Below, one piece after another: positions 6,634 to 12,937 of a stretch of 12,937 bases of DNA. Numbering within the stretch: position 1 is the first letter of the stretch; each line of letters begins with the position of its first letter. Source of the stretch: Candidatus Hodarchaeum mangrovi (GTDB taxonomy: Archaea > Asgardarchaeota > Heimdallarchaeia > Hodarchaeales > Hodarchaeaceae); contig JAEOUE010000269.1 of the NCBI GenBank assembly GCA_016839515.1, positions 1 to 12,937 on the forward strand, written 5' to 3'. Both the position numbers and the translations under genes were made by a program. Under the pieces are notes generated by a model. The model saw only the letters and a program-made list of their open reading frames with translations, did not search any database and was not told the DNA's origin.

Positions 6634-7664
6634 TTGGATATCCTCCCTATTCGCTGATTCTTTTGTTTAAGAAATTCCATATTCTGTTGCTCTAAAGAAT
6701 GGAAAGTAATAATTTTTACTAAGTTTGTAAGCGAATTCAACTTTGCTATTACTTCTGTGGGATTATTACAATGAATATGAATTTTAACTTTTGAGTCATT
6801 TTCTGCTTTTGTAATGATTAAAGTATCACCTAAATCATCTAATTGGTTACTTAGCAAGCTTAATGACCAATCTAATCCTGGTATTAATGCAATTATCTCA
6901 TATTTCTTCTCAAATTCTTTGAAATCTATTTCAGGTTTAATAAAGTAATTCAATTCATCAGATATAGGGATAATCTCTAATCCAACTTGATATATTTCTC
7001 TTATCTTTATTAAAAACCCCTCAAGAATAACAACTAGCCCCATTGCACCGGAATCAACTACCCCAGCCTTTTTGGCTTCTTTAAGAACATAGTGAGTATC
7101 TTTTAGAGCAATTTTGGCATCTTCAAAAATAATATGTAATAATTCATAGGGATTGGTTACTAATTTCTTCCAAACTTCCGCTGATTCCCCAATCGAACGT
7201 GCCACAGATAATATTGTTCCTTCTCTTGGTCTGATTACAGCATTATAAGCAAATTCTGCCGCTAATTTTAATCCTTCTACTAAAACTTCGATATCAAGAC
7301 TTTTTTGATTCTTCCAAGCTACTTCTAATCCTCTAAAATACTCAGATAAAATACTTCCTGAACTTCCAGCACACCCTCTGAATGCTCCTTGGGATACTAG
7401 TGACATAATATTCCCACAATGGTTATCATGGGGAACTTTTGATAGTTCGTTAATAATTGACTTAAACGTTTGTACTAAATTAGTACCTGTATCGCCATCA
7501 GGGACAGGAAAAACATTGATAGAATTCAACAAATCGTTATATTTTTTAAGGCATTCAAAAGAACTAAATAGCATTAAATAGAGATCTAATCCCGAAATAA
7601 GCTCTGGGTAGGTTTTATCATCTTCAAGAGCGAATTTATAAAAATTCATACTTGAAACACCCAT
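6630..7664 (-). CDS. fakA: DAK2-domain protein, fatty acid kinase subunit A (FakA)-like, lacking the C-terminal domain
   Basis: LNSINVFPVPDGDTGTNL, PREGTILSV, GVVDSGAMG and KIHIHxxxP are FakA/YloV-family motifs. It is 344 aa versus ~550 aa for canonical FakA, and is translationally coupled to degV. Confidence 0.85.
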   Translation of the reverse strand: MGVSSMNFYKFALEDDKTYPELISGLDLYLMLFSSFECLKKYNDLLNSINVFPVPDGDTGTNLVQTFKSIINELSKVPHDNHCGNIMSLVSQGAFRGCAGSSGSILSEYFRGLEVAWKNQKSLDIEVLVEGLKLAAEFAYNAVIRPREGTILSVARSIGESAEVWKKLVTNPYELLHIIFEDAKIALKDTHYVLKEAKKAGVVDSGAMGLVVILEGFLIKIREIYQVGLEIIPISDELNYFIKPEIDFKEFEKKYEIIALIPGLDWSLSLLSNQLDDLGDTLIITKAENDSKVKIHIHCNNPTEVIAKLNSLTNLVKIITFHSLEQQNMEFLKQKNQRIGRISN

Positions 7665-7681
7665 AGATTCTTCATTAATTA

Positions 7682-7689
7682 TTTATAAA
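7682..7689 (-). promoter_or_regulatory. Candidate TATA box (TTTATAAA) for the fakA-degV-plsY operon
   Basis: Lies 17 nt upstream of the first ATG of fakA. The surrounding DNA is very AT-rich, so specificity is low. Confidence 0.3.
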
Positions 7690-7826
7690 TTCACTTTAAA
7701 TAGAATCTAAATTTAAACCTTAAATATTTATCTTAAAAGAAACTATTAGCTGAAATAAAAATCTTAATTACAATGAAAGAGCTAAATTGAATAATTCATT
7801 AATAAAATATGCTGAAATTTAAAAGT

Positions 7827-8606
7827 TTAGCTCAACTTTCTTTCTACATCATTGCAGAAAGAAAGAAGTAGCTTATTAAATGCTTCAGATTCCGATTTAT
7901 GAAAACTATGGTCCCCTTCAAAAGGAATTATTTTTGTTTTAGGGGGTAAATGTTGTTTTAGTAAATCATAATTTTTTGAAGGATTTATGCTGTCCCTTAA
8001 TCCATAAGTTAATAAAATGGGAATATTTAATTTTTGAAAATTTTTAAGAAATTTAATAATCCTTTCATTATTTAATATTAAATTTACCGATGAAAAAGCT
8101 TTAATTATTCTTTTGAATACAATCCAAGCTGCCTTTCCAAACGAACTGTTCTTTTTTACTATCCTTTTAGATTTCGGGAGCTTTGGGATTGATGGAATAA
8201 ATGAATTTAGAACGCTTAATGGACTAACAAGAATTATTCCAAGAACATCTTGTGGAAACATTGAGGCATATGTTAGTGCAATTGCTCCCCCAATGGAATA
8301 ACCAACAAAAATAAAAGGTTTCTTTAACTTCATATGGCTTTTTAGTAAAAACCTGAGATTTTTAAGATCGTAGATAGGACTTTTTTTCTTCTGAATATCT
8401 TTTACAGTTTTTGTTGTGAAACTAAAAATATTTGGAGCTATTACATGATATTTTGATGTAATATTTGAATTATTTAATTGCTGTTCCCAATGTTGATGAG
8501 AATTGCCTGAAAATCCATGTAGTAACACTAATGGTCGACCTTCACCATTTTGATGAAGTGAACTTGAAAAATCATCTCTGCCAGATTGAATCAAATTTAA
8601 AGACAA
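7827..8606 (-). CDS. Alpha/beta-fold hydrolase (esterase/lipase-like)
   Basis: Oxyanion motif LVLLHGF, nucleophile elbow GYSIGG (GxSxG), catalytic Asp in YGLRDSI and His in EGDHSF. The exact TTG start is uncertain. Confidence 0.88.
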   Translation of the reverse strand: MSLNLIQSGRDDFSSSLHQNGEGRPLVLLHGFSGNSHQHWEQQLNNSNITSKYHVIAPNIFSFTTKTVKDIQKKKSPIYDLKNLRFLLKSHMKLKKPFIFVGYSIGGAIALTYASMFPQDVLGIILVSPLSVLNSFIPSIPKLPKSKRIVKKNSSFGKAAWIVFKRIIKAFSSVNLILNNERIIKFLKNFQKLNIPILLTYGLRDSINPSKNYDLLKQHLPPKTKIIPFEGDHSFHKSESEAFNKLLLSFCNDVERKLS

Positions 8607-9125
8607 TCTCCCTTTTTAATTAATTACGATCATGATGAAATGGTGATATGTATTTTATATAAACATAATTGGATAATTTTTTCGTAATATCATATCAAAT
8701 TATCACGTATTCTAGCTCTTTTTCTTTCTTTTGCCTTTTTCAGAGGAGATTGTCCAATTAGCAGACTATTTGAGCTCAGCAGAATTAAAATCATGATAAT
8801 ACCTTTTTTTAAAAAATAATAAAGTTATATTTTGGATTTTTTTTAGGAAAAACTATCAAAACAATATACCATCGAATTTGTTATGATTTCGATTATTTTA
8901 TTCAAGTTTTTTTATATTCATATCATCTCAATCAGAATTGGGAAGAAACTAAAATCTAAACATTAAATTCGTTTATTATCATTGAAAAAGATCTATCTTA
9001 TATTAATTTACTATAATTTTTTATGGGTGAATCAGAATGATAATTTGTGGTAATTGGATTTAATTAGAAATATCAAAAACCAAGCATAATGAATTATTTA
9101 ATAAGATAAACTAGGGGAAAAGAAA

Positions 9126-9845
9126 ATGAATGGACAATTTAGACAAAACATATCAGAACTCAAAAATTATTTGGATTCAGGTCAACTTGATAGAAAAAAG
9201 CATTTGATAAAATTCCAAAGTTCTTTAAGAGTCGCAAGAAAGAGTAATCAGGATGATGAAGACTTAAGAATTTTAGGCAAGATAGATTCTTTCTTTTTTG
9301 AGAAATGGCGTGTACCAAAAACTAAACAAATAATTGGGATTCCTGTACTTATTATAGCTGTTTTATTGGCTCAAATATTATATTTTAGTCTAATAGTAAG
9401 TAAACCATTATTTTTACTTGGAATAATTTTCTATTTCGTTTTTAGTTTTGCAAACTATACCCTTTCACATGTTATTTATCACTGGATTTTTGGTATAATC
9501 CTAGGGATACAATTTAAATCAATTTTTATCTTTAAATCCTCATTTAGAAAAGCAAGATATCCTTTTAATCTGATTGGGAATTTATTACCAACTTTTGGTA
9601 TAAAATATGATACTTATTCTTTTCTTAAGGCCAAAAAATGGAAACGGACTATGATGTTTATCTCTGCGCCCCTATTAACCTGGATTTGGTTTTTTATTAA
9701 CTATATATACCTTTTAGTACAATACCCCTCTGAAATATCCTTATTATTTACAATTGGAGGTATATTAATAGTTTTTTTTGTAATTAGTCAATTTTTAAGC
9801 TATTATGGAAAAGGAGACATCTGGAAAGCTACTCTCGATTATTAA
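9126..9845 (+). CDS. Integral membrane protein with a degenerate zinc-metalloprotease-like signature (HxxxH...AP...GD)
   Basis: Soluble N-terminus followed by 4-5 hydrophobic segments; SHVIYH, FISAPLL and GKGDIW in the order seen in M50/DUF3267-like membrane zincins. The CDS itself is well supported; the family call is tentative. Confidence 0.65.
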   Translation: MNGQFRQNISELKNYLDSGQLDRKKHLIKFQSSLRVARKSNQDDEDLRILGKIDSFFFEKWRVPKTKQIIGIPVLIIAVLLAQILYFSLIVSKPLFLLGIIFYFVFSFANYTLSHVIYHWIFGIILGIQFKSIFIFKSSFRKARYPFNLIGNLLPTFGIKYDTYSFLKAKKWKRTMMFISAPLLTWIWFFINYIYLLVQYPSEISLLFTIGGILIVFFVISQFLSYYGKGDIWKATLDY

Positions 9846-9958
9846 TAAATTAATTAAAATTCTTAAAATTCCAAATTAGAATTAATCTACGAAATATTTG
9901 CATATTTCTTTAAAAGTAAAGTCAAATTAATCACCAATTAAATAAAAAGGGCTTAATT

Positions 9959-10621
9959 ATGGTTTTAAATTTAATATATCCTATATTAGTCTTGACTGGA
10001 ATTCTTTTAGTAGTTTGGACCCTAATTTCGTATTTTACAACCAGAGCCATAGAAGAACCAAAATATATAGTGCTGAAAAAATACCCTAATTTTGAAATAC
10101 GTGAATATCTACCATATATTATTGCTTATACTGATATTTTAAGCTCTTTTAATGAATCAGCTAATTCAGGGTTTCGAATACTGGCTAATTATATTTTTGG
10201 AAGAAATAGCAGATCTCAGAAAATTAAGATGACTGCACCAGTTATTCAGGGAAAAATAGAAATTACTACAGAAAAGATTGCAATGACTAAACCAGTTATT
10301 CAAGAAGAGAGAGGAAACTCCTATCGAATAGCCTTCATCATGCCTTTAAAATATACATTAGAGACCTTACCTAAACCAGAAGACCCAAGAGTAAAGATTA
10401 CAGAAGTAGATAAGGAAATTAGAGCAGTATATACTTTTAAAGGATGGGCAACAGAGAAAAGAGTAAAAGCAAAGCAGGAAACCTTTATTGGATTACTTGA
10501 GGAAAGTTGTCTCCCCTTTAAAAATATTAAATTAGCTCAATATGATCCTCCATATACTCCCCCCTATATGCGGAAAAATGAATTACATGCTACTCTAGAT
10601 ACCGACTATACCTCATATTAA
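9959..10621 (+). CDS. SOUL-family heme-binding protein with N-terminal membrane anchor or signal
   Basis: IEEPKY, FEIREY, GFRILANYIFGRN, KIxMTAPV, FIMP, LPKP and YDPPYTPPYMRKNE are SOUL motifs. Residues ~3-25 are hydrophobic. Confidence 0.92.
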   Translation: MVLNLIYPILVLTGILLVVWTLISYFTTRAIEEPKYIVLKKYPNFEIREYLPYIIAYTDILSSFNESANSGFRILANYIFGRNSRSQKIKMTAPVIQGKIEITTEKIAMTKPVIQEERGNSYRIAFIMPLKYTLETLPKPEDPRVKITEVDKEIRAVYTFKGWATEKRVKAKQETFIGLLEESCLPFKNIKLAQYDPPYTPPYMRKNELHATLDTDYTSY

Positions 10622-10722
10622 GTTTAGAACTTAATCCCATTAACTACTTAATCTTTTCTTGAATTAAATACCTAAGAGTGAAATAATCAAGAATTAAAAC
10701 CGTTATTTCTTGGTAAAATTCC

Positions 10723-11844
10723 TCAAATTTCTGTAAAACTCTTTACAGTATTTAAATCAAGTCTTTTAATTACCTCAATAAGTAGTGAAACTGCTTTTTC
10801 CACATCTCCAAGATCTAAAATACCATTATGGCTGTGGATATGCCTTGTAGGTATTCCAAGAACAAGTGAAGGACAACCAGATCCTGATAAATGTATTCTT
10901 CCTGCATCGGTTCCACCACCCATTACTACACTATCTTGATATTCTATATTAAATTCTTTAGCAATATCAATGACATAATGACGTAATCGAGGATTAGGAA
11001 TCATTGAAGCGTCTCCAGCTAAAATTGAGACACCCTTGGACATCTCTGAAGGAGCTTTTAACTTCGGGACATCAGGAACATCACCAGATATATCAACTTC
11101 AAGAGCAAAACCAATTTCTGGTTGAATCATTTGAGCTGAAGTTTGAGCCCCTCGAAGGCCTATTTCTTCTTGCACAGTTGCTACTCCGAACAATTGGTTG
11201 GGATGGGCAATATTTTCTTCTTTAATTTTTCTTAACACTTCTGCAGCAATAAATAGTCCAATACGATCATCAAATGCTTTACCAATAAGAAGACTCACTT
11301 CTTTCCTATTCTCTTTTTCATCCTTTTTTTCAATCTGGGTTCTTTTAATCATCTCAAATTTAGAATCAGGAACAATTGGATCTCCTATTTGAATCCCAAG
11401 CTCCTTCACTTCTTTATCACTTTTACATCCTACATCAATAAACATTTTGTCTTTAGTAAGAACTTTTTTTTGTTCTTCAGGATCTAATACATGAGGAGGT
11501 GGGGCTACAATAATTCCACGATGTAAATCTCCCGTTTTAGTCTTTATGATAACTCTTTGGGTTAAAAGAGACTGATCCCACCATCCGCCTACCTGATGAA
11601 AGCTGATATATCCTTTCTGATTAATACCAACAACAATAAAGCCGATTTCATCGACATGGCCAGCAAGCATGATTTTAGGACCCTTATCACCAACTTTGAA
11701 GATTAAAGAACCCGTTTTGTCATTAAGTACTTCATCAGAAAAAGTTGAGACATATTCCTTTACGATTCTGGTTACTTCCAGTTCATGTCCTGAAGGACCA
11801 AACGCATTACTCATTCTTTCTAAAAACTCAAGATTCAGATTCAT
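10723..11844 (-). CDS. M42-family metallo-aminopeptidase (TET/glutamyl aminopeptidase-like)
   Basis: GPSGHE, AGHVDEIG, KAFDDR, QEEIGLRGA, GGTDAG and RHIHS provide the dinuclear metal ligands. SD GAGGAG 5 nt upstream of the ATG. Confidence 0.95.
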   Translation of the reverse strand: MNLNLEFLERMSNAFGPSGHELEVTRIVKEYVSTFSDEVLNDKTGSLIFKVGDKGPKIMLAGHVDEIGFIVVGINQKGYISFHQVGGWWDQSLLTQRVIIKTKTGDLHRGIIVAPPPHVLDPEEQKKVLTKDKMFIDVGCKSDKEVKELGIQIGDPIVPDSKFEMIKRTQIEKKDEKENRKEVSLLIGKAFDDRIGLFIAAEVLRKIKEENIAHPNQLFGVATVQEEIGLRGAQTSAQMIQPEIGFALEVDISGDVPDVPKLKAPSEMSKGVSILAGDASMIPNPRLRHYVIDIAKEFNIEYQDSVVMGGGTDAGRIHLSGSGCPSLVLGIPTRHIHSHNGILDLGDVEKAVSLLIEVIKRLDLNTVKSFTEI

Positions 11845-12028
11845 ACGATCTCCTCAATAAAAATTGCTATTTTTTTAAAAAAACTGTTATAAAAAAGATT
11901 AGATATCTATTTTGTAACTGATTCATATCATAATCTAAATATTTTTTGTGAATATACCAACATATCAATCATGAATTCTCAATATATAAATGACAAAAAT
12001 TTCGTAGTTTAATCTTTTTGAATCAATT

Positions 12029-12937
12029 TTATTTAATAATTAAGCGTTTTCTAATCAATATAAGACCGATAGAAAGAATTACTAAAACAGAAAATTCAAT
12101 TTTTGTCGTGTGAGTAGTGTAATCATCTTCAATCTGAAAGATCAATAATCCTATATTTCTATCTGCAACAAATAAGATATCATCACGTAGAAAGATATCA
12201 TTCGTCCCACAATTATCATAAAGATACCGTATTTGTTCGACAGGATTCGTTATTGTGCTGATATTAATTATTTGAATTCCACCTGAAATATCAGAAATAT
12301 AAGCGAGTTCCTCAATGATATGAATTGAATAGCAGTTACTACTACTGTTAACTATTTCCGATACCTTGGTTATTTGAGAAAGATTACTAATATCTAGTAT
12401 TTGTATACCATAATGATAATAACAAGCAAATGCATAATTATCAACAACCTCAAAAGTGATGAGGTGAATATTAGGATTTGCAGAATCAATATATGTATCT
12501 AAAAGATTCAGGTCAGTCCTATTACTGATATCATAAACAAGGAATCCTTTCTGGGCACACGCAGCATATAACCTATTTCCAACTCGCTGTAAGTCTGGAA
12601 TATCATCTTCAGTTAAAATTGTTGCAACATGAACTGGATTGGTCAGATCACTGATATTGGTGATAGTAATACTTTCTTGAGCACTAATATGACCATTTCC
12701 TGTATAGATAACGTCATCCACTAACTGAATATCCCAAGAATAGTCATGAGGGAATTCAGTAAGCACTGTAGGATTCTCGGGTTCAGTACAATTGATAATC
12801 CAAATTCCGCCATACCCATTCCCAATATACGCAATATTATTTTCCAAGATGAATTGATGAGCATAACCATTACCAGCTTGTGGTAGAAGAGCAACTTGGG
12901 TTGGATTAGAGAGATCACTAATATCAAAAATTCTAAA
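12029..12937 (-). CDS. LVIVD-repeat (beta-propeller-like) cell-surface protein with C-terminal membrane anchor; N-terminus lies outside the window
   Basis: The frame is open to base 12937 (FRIFDISDLSNPTQVALL...). Repeats AYIGNGYGGIWIINCTEPENP, AFACYYHYGIQILDISNLSQI and AYISDISGGIQIINISTITNP. Ends with a Thr-rich linker, TM helix and basic tail RKRLIIK. Confidence 0.88.
   Translation of the reverse strand, partial: FRIFDISDLSNPTQVALLPQAGNGYAHQFILENNIAYIGNGYGGIWIINCTEPENPTVLTEFPHDYSWDIQLVDDVIYTGNGHISAQESITITNISDLTNPVHVATILTEDDIPDLQRVGNRLYAACAQKGFLVYDISNRTDLNLLDTYIDSANPNIHLITFEVVDNYAFACYYHYGIQILDISNLSQITKVSEIVNSSSNCYSIHIIEELAYISDISGGIQIINISTITNPVEQIRYLYDNCGTNDIFLRDDILFVADRNIGLLIFQIEDDYTTHTTKIEFSVLVILSIGLILIRKRLIIK

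Noticed and set aside
8113-8301. 62-aa plus-strand ORF
   Set aside because: Antisense shadow inside the hydrolase gene.
8602-8754. 10-bp inverted repeat GACAATCTCC (8602-8611) / GGAGATTGTC (8745-8754) touching the hydrolase start
   Set aside because: It does not extend, has no evident flanking target-site duplication or transposase, and the 133-nt spacer is unstructured AT-rich DNA. Insufficient for a MITE or riboregulator call.
8607-9125. 519-nt AT-rich divergent intergenic region examined for ncRNA, CRISPR array or origin-like repeats
   Set aside because: No regularly spaced repeats, GC-rich stems, tRNA-like fold or credible ORF were seen by eye.
11004-11860. Three short plus-strand ORFs (11004-11225, 11198-11392, 11669-11860)
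   Set aside because: Antisense shadows of the M42 peptidase.
12721-12927. 68-aa minus-strand ORF
   Set aside because: Alternative frame overlapping the LVIVD gene, whose own frame is open to the window edge.

Overview
AT-rich, gene-dense prokaryotic window. It is most likely from an Asgard archaeon (Heimdallarchaeia/Hodarchaeales-like); this is an inference from TATA-type promoters, the style of the large TPR protein and a C-terminally anchored LVIVD protein, and no marker gene is present. Gene order: 5'-truncated TPR protein (+); wHTH regulator (-) divergent from an unannotated 56-aa ORF and an MFS exporter (+), with a palindromic TATA box and three operator-like boxes between them; a minus-strand lipid cluster (alpha/beta hydrolase, DAK2/FakA-like kinase, DegV/FakB-like protein, PlsY-like acyltransferase, a probable methyltransferase pseudogene remnant, VOC/methylmalonyl-CoA-epimerase-like protein); a membrane protein with a degenerate HExxH motif; a SOUL heme-binding protein; an M42 aminopeptidase; and an LVIVD-repeat surface protein that runs off the right edge. 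Main result: the ORF track misses a full-length (~214 aa) PlsY-like frame (5109-5753) that has no ATG/GTG/TTG start and sits in the +1 frame of the degV TTT-TGA end. It completes a coupled fakA-fakB-plsY-like operon in which all three proteins carry substitutions at normally conserved active-site positions. This suggests a bacterial-type acyl-phosphate lipid module in an archaeon, possibly repurposed.
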